Sequence record: OX457022
Source: Escherichia phage vB_EcoP-CC1
Strand: one strand, 5' to 3'
Length of the DNA: 44,532 bases
Part shown: piece after piece, positions 35,775 through 44,225 of the stretch
How the letters are laid out: each line of letters begins with the position of its first letter
How positions within the stretch are numbered: position 1 is the stretch's first letter
Translations under genes and position numbers: made by a program
Notes under the pieces: generated by a model
What the model saw: only the letters and a program-made list of their open reading frames with translations
What the model was told of the DNA's origin: nothing
Databases searched by the model: none

Positions 35775-37763
35775 ATGGCTATTATTCAGAACGTACCGTG
35801 CCCTGCCTGCCAAAAGAATGGACACGATAAATCCGGCAACCATCTTATGATATTTGAGGATGGCGCTGGTTACTGTAACCGTGGTCATTTCCATGATAAT
35901 GGCAAACCTTATTACCATAAGCCAGAGGGCGGCATCGAGATAACCGAATTGCCCATTACTGGCAATATCAAATACACACCTTCTCAATTCAAAGAAATGG
36001 AGAAGGAAGGGAAGATAAGCGACCCTAAGCTACGCGCCATCGCACTTGGTGGTATGCGTATGAAAGACCGTTGGGAGGTCATGAATGAGCAAGAAAGGGC
36101 AGACCAAGAAGCAGAGTGGAAACTTGATGTTGAATGGTTCCTCACGCTTAAGCGTAAGAACCTTGTTTCCCGACACATTCGCGGCGACATTTGCGCATTG
36201 TATGATGTACGTGTCGGACACGATGAAGAGGGTAGAGTCTCGCGGCATTACTATCCACGCTTCGAGAAAGGTGAGCTAGTAGGAGCTAAGTGTCGCACAT
36301 TACCTAAAGACTTTAAGTTTGGTCATTTAGGTAAACTCTTTGGTATGCAAGATCTTTTCGGGATGAATACTTTGTCTCACGTGTTAGACAAGGGAAGACG
36401 AAAGGATTGCTTGCTTATTGTTGGTGGGGAACTGGATGCGCTAGCAGCGCAGCAGATGCTCCTTGATTCTGCCAAGGGTACTAAGTGGGAAGGTCAACCT
36501 TACCATGTATGGTCTGTTAACAAAGGGGAGTCTTGCCTTGAAGAGATTGTGCAGAACCGTGAACACATCGCCCAATTCAAGAAGATTATTTGGGGCTTCG
36601 ATGGGGATGAGGTAGGGCAGAAGCAGAACCAGCAAGCGGCTCGCCTGTTCCCTGGCAAATCTTATATCCTTGAATACCCCTCTGGTTGCAAAGATGCCAA
36701 CAAGGCATTGATGGCTGGTAAAGCCAAAGAATTTGTGGATGCTTGGTTTAATGCAAAGTCATCTGATGAAGTCTTTGGTAGCCAGATTAAATCTATCGCA
36801 TCTCAAAGGGATAAGCTCAAGGCTGCACGTCCAGAACAAGGGCTGTCATGGCCTTGGCCTAAGCTAAACAAGGTAACACTGGGTATCCGTAAGAACCAGC
36901 TTATCATTATAGGTGCAGGCTCTGGTGTTGGTAAGACAGAGTTCCTCCGTGAAGTGGTAAAGCATCTCATCGAAGAACACGGTGAATCTGTAGGTATCAT
37001 TTCTACAGAAGACCCGATGGTCAAAGTGTCCCGTGCTTTTATCGGTAAGTGGATTGATAAGCGTATTGAACTACCGCCAACCAATGACCCGAAAGAAGAT
37101 GGCTACCGTGAGGTGTTCGACTATACAGAGGAAGAGGCTAATGCTGCCATTGATTATGTAGCTGATACAGGGAAGCTGTTTGTAGCTGACCTAGAGGGTG
37201 ACTATTCGATGGAGAAGGTAGAGCAAACTTGCCTAGAGTTTGAGGCTATGGGTATTTCTAATATCATCATTGATAACTTAACGGGGATTAAATTAGATGA
37301 GCGTGCTTTTGGTGGGAAGGTTGGTGCACTTGATGAATGCGTCAAACGAATTGGTACTATCAAAGACCGACATGCGGTTACGATTTTCCTTGTCTCTCAC
37401 CTTACACGCCCTCCGGCAAACCGTACCCAACACGAAGAAGGTGGCGAAGTTATCCTTTCTGACTTCCGAGGCTCAGGCGCTATCGGATTCTGGGCATCTT
37501 ACGCCTTGGGGATTGAGCGTAATACAAGAGCTGAAACGCTTGATGAACGGACTACCACGTACATCTCATGTGTCAAAGACCGCGACCAAGGTATCTACAC
37601 TGGAACCAAGGTCATGCTTAAGGGTGACATTCAAACCGGACGTTTAATGGAACCACAAGCCCGTACTAAGTCATTTGATACAGGTGAAGCAAGGCAACAA
37701 GAAGTACCTGATTTACCGGACACTATAGAAGAGACAACCTTTGACGATGAACAGGAGTTTTGA
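35775..37763 (+). CDS. DNA primase/helicase (T7 gp4-like)
   Basis: N-terminal zinc-binding CPACQKNG...GYCNRGHFHD, central primase-type region, helicase Walker A GAGSGVGKT; acidic C-terminus DDEQEF. Confidence 0.9.
   Translation: MAIIQNVPCPACQKNGHDKSGNHLMIFEDGAGYCNRGHFHDNGKPYYHKPEGGIEITELPITGNIKYTPSQFKEMEKEGKISDPKLRAIALGGMRMKDRWEVMNEQERADQEAEWKLDVEWFLTLKRKNLVSRHIRGDICALYDVRVGHDEEGRVSRHYYPRFEKGELVGAKCRTLPKDFKFGHLGKLFGMQDLFGMNTLSHVLDKGRRKDCLLIVGGELDALAAQQMLLDSAKGTKWEGQPYHVWSVNKGESCLEEIVQNREHIAQFKKIIWGFDGDEVGQKQNQQAARLFPGKSYILEYPSGCKDANKALMAGKAKEFVDAWFNAKSSDEVFGSQIKSIASQRDKLKAARPEQGLSWPWPKLNKVTLGIRKNQLIIIGAGSGVGKTEFLREVVKHLIEEHGESVGIISTEDPMVKVSRAFIGKWIDKRIELPPTNDPKEDGYREVFDYTEEEANAAIDYVADTGKLFVADLEGDYSMEKVEQTCLEFEAMGISNIIIDNLTGIKLDERAFGGKVGALDECVKRIGTIKDRHAVTIFLVSHLTRPPANRTQHEEGGEVILSDFRGSGAIGFWASYALGIERNTRAETLDERTTTYISCVKDRDQGIYTGTKVMLKGDIQTGRLMEPQARTKSFDTGEARQQEVPDLPDTIEETTFDDEQEF
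37711..37732 (+). promoter_or_regulatory. phage RNAP promoter class I embedded in primase/helicase 3' end (ATTTACCGGACACTATAGAAGAG), +1 G at 37728
   Basis: Exact consensus inside coding sequence (encodes DLPDTIEET). Confidence 0.7.
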
Positions 37764-37924
37764 TGGAAATTATTAAACCATTATTAAATATCGGCGTTGA
37801 CATCCTATTCATGCTTATGCTAGCAAACTATGCTGCACGATATGGATTCAAGCCAGCTGTGAAACTTATCGTTGCATCTGGTTTTCTTATGTCAATGTTC
37901 TTTATTGTAACACACCTTATCTAG
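37763..37924 (+). CDS. hypothetical small hydrophobic protein (53 aa)
   Basis: Below ORF-track cutoff; TGATG overlap with primase stop; two predicted hydrophobic segments. Confidence 0.35.
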   Translation: MEIIKPLLNIGVDILFMLMLANYAARYGFKPAVKLIVASGFLMSMFFIVTHLI

Positions 37925-37940
37925 TGTATTTATCAGGGCT

Positions 37941-37958
37941 TGTCTCACATGTGAGACA
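37941..37958. repeat. 18-bp perfect palindrome TGTCTCACATGTGAGACA
   Basis: 17 nt after stop of small ORF; identical to copy at 15571. Confidence 0.9.
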
Positions 37959-37996
37959 GGCTCTTATTAAGTACATTAAATAACTGGAGATTGATT

Positions 37997-38719
37997 ATGT
38001 ATAAATTAGTATTGAATGCAGGTGATTATGTTCGTAACATCAATGAAGCCTCACGTCGTTATCGTTGCCGTGGTGTGGTTAGCTATGTAAGTGAGAACAT
38101 GTACCATGTGGAGTACAGCAACGGCATTAAACAATCTTATCATAAGAAGTTAGCACATAACTACCTTGAGAAGATTGGCGAGACAAGCAATCAATGCAAG
38201 TGTGTACATGATGAGGTTTGCGATAAGTGCAAACGTCAGGCAATTAAAGCCTTTACCTTTGCGCAACGTTATGGTTCTATGTATGGTGCTGGTCACAAGA
38301 CCGTTGCAGAAGCAGCTTGGAAGACATTACAGTTTGAGCATTCAAATGGACGACGCACCACAATTAAGAAAGAGCGCCGCAATGTCATCACTGGTAAGAC
38401 TCAAAGTGAGATGATTAAGCAATGTGGCACTGCATTAGGTGTTACACAGTTCAATACACGTGCTCTAGGTAAATCTACAGGACAAGCTATGTTTAAGATT
38501 GGTGAAGCCATGATGCACCCAAATGTACCTGTGCGAATCATGGATGTTGACCATGCAATCACAGAACATGGTACAACACGGCGTGTAGTTAATAATCATT
38601 TTGCCGACACTATAGAAGATATTATCCGTAAGCAAGGATTGAAAGGTCTTCACATCTTAAATGGTGAAGAGTTGCTGTACCTTCCTATTGTTACCGAAGA
38701 AACCTACGTGAATATCTAA
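37997..38719 (+). CDS. hypothetical protein (240 aa) with Cys cluster
   Basis: GGAGA RBS 6 nt upstream of ATG 37997; CKCVHDEVCDKC cluster; between primase and DNA polymerase. Confidence 0.55.
   Translation: MYKLVLNAGDYVRNINEASRRYRCRGVVSYVSENMYHVEYSNGIKQSYHKKLAHNYLEKIGETSNQCKCVHDEVCDKCKRQAIKAFTFAQRYGSMYGAGHKTVAEAAWKTLQFEHSNGRRTTIKKERRNVITGKTQSEMIKQCGTALGVTQFNTRALGKSTGQAMFKIGEAMMHPNVPVRIMDVDHAITEHGTTRRVVNNHFADTIEDIIRKQGLKGLHILNGEELLYLPIVTEETYVNI
38588..38609 (+). promoter_or_regulatory. weak promoter-like sequence inside coding region (ATTTTGCCGACACTATAGAAG)
   Basis: Core CACTATAGAAG intact but 3 mismatches at -13, -12, -10; probably non-functional. Confidence 0.2.
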
Positions 38720-38729
38720 GGAGTTAATC

Positions 38730-38918
38730 ATGACTAAAGTATTGATTTATATGAGAGGTGCTAATAAATGCTATGCAGTTGTAGCACCTGATGGGGTCAA
38801 GCCTTACGGTACTTCAAAAGGATTAGCATTAATAGGTGCTAGTCGCAGTGCAAGTTTCCAAATGGAACTTTTTGGTCATTGGACTGAAAAAAAGAATTCC
38901 GTGAAGAGTTTAATGTAA
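38730..38918 (+). CDS. hypothetical protein (62 aa)
   Basis: AAGGAG RBS 7 nt upstream. Confidence 0.5.
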   Translation: MTKVLIYMRGANKCYAVVAPDGVKPYGTSKGLALIGASRSASFQMELFGHWTEKKNSVKSLM

Positions 38919-38939
38919 TTGGCAGCTTTATGGTGAAAC

Positions 38940-39137
38940 ATGCAAAATAAACATAGCCTTAAGATGTTTGATGGTCACGAAGACCTGCAAGCACAAATTA
39001 CCAACCAAGCCTTCCTGTTTGCACAGTTAACTATGGCTGAAGCAAAGAAGAACAGCCTTACTCGTGAGCAGATTATCAAGGAAGGTAGCCGTGGTGCTAC
39101 TCGTCGTACCAAGAACCACAGAAGTGGTGCTCGCTAG
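38940..39137 (+). CDS. hypothetical protein (65 aa)
   Basis: ORF only; weak RBS. Confidence 0.35.
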   Translation: MQNKHSLKMFDGHEDLQAQITNQAFLFAQLTMAEAKKNSLTREQIIKEGSRGATRRTKNHRSGAR

Positions 39138-39153
39138 TCGATAAGTCAAGGGT

Positions 39154-39171
39154 TGTCTCACGTGTGAGACA
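39154..39171. repeat. palindrome family member TGTCTCAC-GT-GTGAGACA
   Basis: 17 nt after preceding stop; flanked by AAGGG...CCTTT. Confidence 0.9.
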
Positions 39172-39201
39172 GCCTTTCATCATATTGATTGGAGGTGCAT
39201 T

Positions 39202-39309
39202 ATGCCACGTGATTATGATTCTGATTGGGACTACTATGACTCAATGAATCCAAAACCCGAACGTTCAGATGATTACTACGAAACAGAGGCAATGTATGAA
39301 AACTATTGA
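39202..39309 (+). CDS. hypothetical small acidic protein (35 aa)
   Basis: Below ORF-track cutoff; GGAGGTG RBS; Asp/Tyr-rich; overlaps DNA polymerase start. Confidence 0.4.
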   Translation: MPRDYDSDWDYYDSMNPKPERSDDYYETEAMYENY

Positions 39310-41842
39310 TTGGAAGAAGGAAGCAGAAGGCCGCATCCTCGTCATGGACGCAGAAGCTAAAGGTCTGCTTGATGCTATCCGCTACGGTCATCGTGAAGAT
39401 GTACACATCATTTGCTGCATGGACTTGCTCACCACTGAGGAGTTCCTCTTCTTCGACCCATATGAGATGCGTGACCCTGAAGCAAGAGAACGCCTGAAGG
39501 AGTGGGAAGGCCATCAAGATGGTGACTTGGTTGACGGTGTTAACTTCCTGAAACACTGTGAAGCTATCGTGTCACAGAACTTCCTAGGGTATGACGGCCT
39601 CCTTTTTGAGAAAGCCTTCCCTGATATCTGGAAAGGTTTTAACTATACCGAAAGGCGCGGCAAGGGCAGACTCCGTGCCGACCTGTGTCCTGTGCGAGTC
39701 ATGGACACGCTGGTGATGAGCCGCCTGTTAAACCCCGATAGACGCCTTCCTCCGCAAGCATATGCCAAAGGTATGGGTAACGTCGCCCCTCATTCAATTG
39801 AGGCGCACGGCATCCGTATAGGACGCTATAAGCCGGAGAATGAGGACTGGTCTAAACTAACTGACCACATGGTTCACCGTGTCCGCGAGGACGTGGCAAT
39901 CGGTCGTGACCTTTTCCTGTGGCTGTACAATGGAGAGTGGACGGAGCATAAACGCCGTGGCGTGAATAAACGCACTGGCCTAGGCATTGAGACAGCCTTC
40001 CACATGGAGTCTATTGTGGCGCTGGAGATGAGCCGTCAGGCAGAGCGTGGATTCCGTCTGGATATTGACAAAGCACTAGCGCGATGCGAAGAACTGGACG
40101 CTAAGATTGATGAGACAGTCGCAGCGTTCCGCCCTCACATGCCTATGCGTATCAAGTCTAAACCTTTTAAACCGGAAGAAAAGAATGAAGTATGCCAACG
40201 CGCAAATGAGTATGGAGCTAGCAACAATATACCTACTGTCCTTGACCCCTCACACTTTCTTCATGCCGAGAGACGAGGAGATCGCAAGACAGTATGGAGT
40301 GTCACTACTAAGTCTGGTGATTGGTCGGCTAGCGTCAAGAAAGACTTTCCTCACCTTAGAGGAAACCGTAATGACACGCCAAGCATCAAGTGGATTGGCG
40401 CTTACTCGCCTGTTACTTTCGAAGAGATTCCCTTGGGTAACAGGGATACAGTTAAGCAAGTGCTCTATGATTATGGATGGAAAGGTGTTGAATTTAACGA
40501 TACCGAGCAAGCGCATCTCGATGAGCATGGCGTATTACCCAAACCTTGGAGTGGAAAGATAAATGAGAAATCCCTTACTTTATGGCAAGAAAGAGCCGCA
40601 CGTGAAGGTAAAACAGTACCAGATTGGTGCTTGGGTATCGCTGCATGGTACATACTCGTATCCCGTCGTGGTCAGATCCTCAACCGTGGTGACGTTGAAG
40701 CCTTCGATCAGAAGGGGGCGTGGCCTTCGCAAGCTGGTGTACGAAAGTGTCGCGGCCTTATACCTGTAGCCTTTAACAAGGAATTAGGAATCAATGCGCA
40801 ACAATACTACGAGAGGTATGGGTATTGGCCTACGTCTGACAAGGATGACGGAGAGTGGCGTGTGCCAGCTATTGCTATTAGTATTGGCACTTCTACGTTC
40901 CGTATGCGTCATCGCAATGTGGTTAATATTCCTGCCCGTGGCTTGTATCCTTTACGTGATTTATTCATAGCAGGTAAAGGTAAGCTAATCCTTGGTTGTG
41001 ATGGTGCAGGTCTTGAACTACGTGTACTTTCTCACTTCATGAATGACCCTGAGTACCAAGATATTGTACTGCATGGCGATATACATACTCATAACCAGAT
41101 GAAGGCGGGTCTTCCTAAGCGTGATATGGCGAAGACATTTATATATGCCTTCCTTTACGGCTCTGGTATAGCTAACCTTGCAGCAGTGTGCGGTGTTACT
41201 GAGGAAGAAATGAAGGAAGTTGTGGCAAGATTCGAGATTGAATTACCATCCCTTGCACGTCTTCGTGAGAATGTTATCGCACAAGGCAACAAGTTTGGAT
41301 ACTTACAAGCACCTGACGGGCATTGGGGTCGCATCCGTATGTCTGGTGGAGAACTTAAAGAGCACACTATGCTTAATGTATTACTCCAAATGACTGGCTC
41401 TTTGTGTATGAAATACGCATTGGTCAAAGCGTTTGCAGTGATGCGCAAGGAAGGTGTGGCCTTAGATAGTATGGGACACCCTTGTGGTGTAGCTAACGTG
41501 CACGATGAAATCCAGATGGAAGTACCTGAAGAAGAGGTATTGTATCTTAACTACGACCTACCTTTCACCTTAGAGGGGTTTGAAACAGAGAAGGCTGCTG
41601 TGAAAGCAGTATTCGATGCAGAGGAGAAACGTGTTCATGTGGATTCTGAAGGACGTATGTGGTCTGCTGCAAATCTCATTAGTGTTGATGCTGCTGCTGG
41701 TGTACTTCATTGCCAGCGTCGTTATCACCGCGCAGGGCATATCATTGCCGACGCCATGACTTGGGCTGGTCAGTATCTGAAGATGCGTTGCCCGATGGCA
41801 GGCGAGTATAAGATTGGCGCAAGCTGGAAGGAAACGCACTAG
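39296..41842 (+). CDS. DNA polymerase (family A, T7 gp5-like)
   Basis: 848 aa from ATG 39296 (ORF track 39269); polymerase-type motifs incl. HDEIQMEV; position after primase-helicase. Confidence 0.9.
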   Translation: MKTIDWKKEAEGRILVMDAEAKGLLDAIRYGHREDVHIICCMDLLTTEEFLFFDPYEMRDPEARERLKEWEGHQDGDLVDGVNFLKHCEAIVSQNFLGYDGLLFEKAFPDIWKGFNYTERRGKGRLRADLCPVRVMDTLVMSRLLNPDRRLPPQAYAKGMGNVAPHSIEAHGIRIGRYKPENEDWSKLTDHMVHRVREDVAIGRDLFLWLYNGEWTEHKRRGVNKRTGLGIETAFHMESIVALEMSRQAERGFRLDIDKALARCEELDAKIDETVAAFRPHMPMRIKSKPFKPEEKNEVCQRANEYGASNNIPTVLDPSHFLHAERRGDRKTVWSVTTKSGDWSASVKKDFPHLRGNRNDTPSIKWIGAYSPVTFEEIPLGNRDTVKQVLYDYGWKGVEFNDTEQAHLDEHGVLPKPWSGKINEKSLTLWQERAAREGKTVPDWCLGIAAWYILVSRRGQILNRGDVEAFDQKGAWPSQAGVRKCRGLIPVAFNKELGINAQQYYERYGYWPTSDKDDGEWRVPAIAISIGTSTFRMRHRNVVNIPARGLYPLRDLFIAGKGKLILGCDGAGLELRVLSHFMNDPEYQDIVLHGDIHTHNQMKAGLPKRDMAKTFIYAFLYGSGIANLAAVCGVTEEEMKEVVARFEIELPSLARLRENVIAQGNKFGYLQAPDGHWGRIRMSGGELKEHTMLNVLLQMTGSLCMKYALVKAFAVMRKEGVALDSMGHPCGVANVHDEIQMEVPEEEVLYLNYDLPFTLEGFETEKAAVKAVFDAEEKRVHVDSEGRMWSAANLISVDAAAGVLHCQRRYHRAGHIIADAMTWAGQYLKMRCPMAGEYKIGASWKETH

Positions 41843-42026
41843 TGGATAGATTAGATATTGTTTGCTTGTTCTTTACCTTCTTTCTTGTCTTTCTTATGCT
41901 TGCTTGTTATGGAAGTATTCAGGTAAATATACCTGATGAAGAGGAAGGATACGACTGAGTTATACTCAAGGTCACTTACGAGTGGCCTTTATGAATAACT
42001 TACTCCTACTTATTTTGTCTAACATG

Positions 42027-42048
42027 ATTTACTGGACACTATAGAAGG
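42027..42048 (+). promoter_or_regulatory. phage RNAP promoter class I (ATTTACTGGACACTATAGAAGG), +1 G at 42044
   Basis: Exact consensus downstream of DNA polymerase gene. Confidence 0.85.
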
Positions 42049-42103
42049 AAAGCCTAGGTAATCTAGGTTTATAAGGTAGTATAGGTAATTAAGTAAATAT
42101 AGG
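42046..42103. repeat. periodic AGG array (AGG at 42046, 42056, 42065, 42074, 42083, 42101)
   Basis: AT-rich TAGG/TAAGG units at 9-10 bp period in leader of 125-aa gene. Confidence 0.8.
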
Positions 42104-42113
42104 AGATATAAAT

Positions 42114-42491
42114 ATGTCTATGGTAACTACTCTGGTATTCGTAGCTCAATACTTTCGTGGCCTGGCTAATAAGTTTAAACAGAAAGCAATCTTTGCAATT
42201 CAAGAACGTATTAATAAAATTGAAGAAGAACAAGTAGATGTAGAGGAACATCGTAGTTCTCAGATGATTGACCTGCATAATCGTCTGTACAAAGATCGTG
42301 ATGAGATGCGTCACCGTCATGCGAAGGAAGTTGAAGACATGCTTAACCGCCATGCGGAAGAACAAGCTAAGTTGGAAACCACTTTCCATGAGGATAAACG
42401 TAGCATCGCTCTAGCACATCAAGCTGCATCGGATAGCCTGAAGAAAGAGATTGTTATGCTGGAGATTGAGTTAGACAATCTTACCAAATAA
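42114..42491 (+). CDS. hypothetical coiled-coil protein (125 aa)
   Basis: RBS TAGGAGA; charged heptad-like sequence through most of the length. Confidence 0.55.
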   Translation: MSMVTTLVFVAQYFRGLANKFKQKAIFAIQERINKIEEEQVDVEEHRSSQMIDLHNRLYKDRDEMRHRHAKEVEDMLNRHAEEQAKLETTFHEDKRSIALAHQAASDSLKKEIVMLEIELDNLTK

Positions 42492-42511
42492 TTACTGGAC
42501 ACTATAGAACA
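42490..42511 (+). promoter_or_regulatory. phage RNAP promoter (AATTACTGGACACTATAGAAC), +1 G at 42507
   Basis: One mismatch from class I consensus (A for T at -16); overlaps stop codon of preceding gene. Confidence 0.7.
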
Positions 42512-42653
42512 ATAGGTCGGCTTAGTTCGGCCTATGATTGTAAAGTGTTGAACCTTATTGTGCATCTTGCACAACCCGATACCGTATCGGGCTTTCTAGT
42601 GAGTACATGCTTGTGCTCAGTACAAAGCTAACTGACAATAGGAGACTAAATAA

Positions 42654-43460
42654 ATGGCACGTGGTGATTTTGATTTTGGTGCTCAAGTTACTAAAGCTGA
42701 AGGTAAAGTATTTAAGAACCCAGAAGTAGGTGATCATGAAGCAGTTATCTCTGGCATCATTCATGTTGGTTCCTTCCAAGACATCTTTAAGAAAGGTAAT
42801 ACCACTGAAGTTAAGAAGCCAGCAAACTTTGTTCTGGTTAAGATTATCCTGATGGGTGACGATGACAAGAACGAAGATGATTCTCGCATGGAACAATGGA
42901 TGGCTGTGCCTCTGAAGTCTGGTGATAAGGCAACACTGACTAAGTTCCTGAATGCAGTTGACCCTAAAGAATTGCTTGGTGGCTTCGATGACTTCATTGG
43001 TGAATGCCTGACTGCAACCATGGTTGGCTCTGGTGATAAGAATGACGATGGCTCATTCAAGTATGTTAACTGGAAGGGCTTTGGTGGTATGCCGGAAAAG
43101 CTGAAGAAACTTGTAATTGCTCAGGTTGAAGAAGAAGGTCTGTCTATGACAGGTCACATTACCTTTGACAAGCTGACCAAAGAAATCCTTGATGATATTC
43201 CTGCTAACTTGGTACGCCAATACTTCCTGAATGAAACACCTCGTGGTAAGAACCTGTCTGTTGCTGGTTCTCACGTAGAAGAAATCATTAAAGCTGCTCG
43301 TGAAGAAGACCCAGAATGGAAGAAGGCTAAGAAGAAAGATGATGAGGATGCTACTCCAGCTAATCGTAAGTCTCTGGATACTGGCGAGTCTGTTCCGCAG
43401 GAAGTGCCTGAAGCAGAAGACGCACCTGCACCGGAAATGGATGAAGACGCGGAATACTAA
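42654..43460 (+). CDS. hypothetical protein, possible ssDNA-binding protein (gp2.5-like by features)
   Basis: 268 aa in replication module; acidic C-terminal tail ending in aromatic residue (EMDEDAEY) like the T7 gp2.5 tail; RBS TAGGAGA. Confidence 0.5.
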   Translation: MARGDFDFGAQVTKAEGKVFKNPEVGDHEAVISGIIHVGSFQDIFKKGNTTEVKKPANFVLVKIILMGDDDKNEDDSRMEQWMAVPLKSGDKATLTKFLNAVDPKELLGGFDDFIGECLTATMVGSGDKNDDGSFKYVNWKGFGGMPEKLKKLVIAQVEEEGLSMTGHITFDKLTKEILDDIPANLVRQYFLNETPRGKNLSVAGSHVEEIIKAAREEDPEWKKAKKKDDEDATPANRKSLDTGESVPQEVPEAEDAPAPEMDEDAEY

Positions 43461-43469
43461 GGAGGGATG

Positions 43470-43688
43470 ATGAAGGTACAAATCGTAACCCTGCACTGCA
43501 AGAAGGGCATTACAACCCTTGGCGGAAACACTTTTCACTCCTTCTCTGAAGGGGAGACATATTCTGACCTGCACTACATCTGGCGCGATGGGCAGCACGT
43601 GGTGAACTACAGCGACCCCGCTACAGGGAAACGCCACGGCGTATCTCTTCCGGCGCACGACATTGCTCAGGTGAACACAGTTTTATAA
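43470..43688 (+). CDS. hypothetical protein (73 aa)
   Basis: Strong RBS TAAGGAGGG. Confidence 0.5.
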   Translation: MKVQIVTLHCKKGITTLGGNTFHSFSEGETYSDLHYIWRDGQHVVNYSDPATGKRHGVSLPAHDIAQVNTVL

Positions 43689-43689
43689 A

Positions 43690-43705
43690 GTCTCACATGT
43701 GAGAC
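43690..43705. repeat. palindrome family member GTCTCAC-AT-GTGAGAC
   Basis: Starts 2 nt after preceding stop; 15 nt upstream of promoter 43721. Confidence 0.85.
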
Positions 43706-43720
43706 AAATCGGTGTCCAGT

Positions 43721-43742
43721 ATTTACTGGACACTATAGAAGA
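43721..43742 (+). promoter_or_regulatory. phage RNAP promoter class I (ATTTACTGGACACTATAGAAGAG), +1 G at 43738
   Basis: Exact consensus 55 nt upstream of 122-aa gene. Confidence 0.85.
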
Positions 43743-43792
43743 GAAGAATTTTAATCGGCGATAATGCCATAACTAACAAAGGAGAATTTAAT

Positions 43793-44161
43793 ATGTTCAA
43801 GATTGAAACTATCGTAAACCGTGTTGTTAAAGGTGCTGCTCTGGTGTCCGTTGAATCTTTCATTATCGTCGATGAAGCTGATCAACTGGTAGCTGGCACT
43901 AAGGCTTACGATACCCGTGAAGAAGCTCAGGCTAAGATTGACAGCATGGGTAACTTTGCTGCTGGTCTGGAGTTCGCTCGTGCTTGCTTCCCTGAGCAGG
44001 CTGACAAAGCACAGATTGGTAAGGCTAATATCGTAGCTGAATATCTGGATTGGGTTGCTGCTGGTAAACCAGTGAAAGAAGCTAAGGCTGAAGAAGCTGA
44101 AGCTCCTGCAGTAGAAGAAACCAAAGCAGAAGAAGCTCTGTCTGCTGAAGAAGAATTTTAA
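43793..44161 (+). CDS. hypothetical acidic protein (122 aa), own promoter and terminator
   Basis: RBS AAAGGAGA; net charge about -12; C-terminus AEEEF; monocistronic unit. Confidence 0.65.
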   Translation: MFKIETIVNRVVKGAALVSVESFIIVDEADQLVAGTKAYDTREEAQAKIDSMGNFAAGLEFARACFPEQADKAQIGKANIVAEYLDWVAAGKPVKEAKAEEAEAPAVEETKAEEALSAEEEF

Positions 44162-44167
44162 TTGATG

Positions 44168-44203
44168 CCCTGTCTGCCTTAGTGTAGGCAGGGTCTTTTG
44201 TGT
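44168..44203 (+). terminator. T-phi-like terminator (paralog of 8695-8730)
   Basis: Stem CCCTGTCTGC/GTAGGCAGGG (two G-U pairs), loop CTTAGT, then TCTTTTGTGT; compensatory changes relative to the 8695 copy. Confidence 0.7.
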
Positions 44204-44225
44204 AATAGTTATTGGAGAATGAATT

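Noticed and set aside
41843-41959. Small GTG-initiated hydrophobic ORF right after the DNA polymerase stop
   Set aside because: No ATG start and no RBS; region more likely non-coding leader upstream of the 42027 promoter.
43053-43658. 201-aa minus-strand ORF
   Set aside because: Antisense to two + strand genes that have strong RBSs and a promoter; no RBS of its own.
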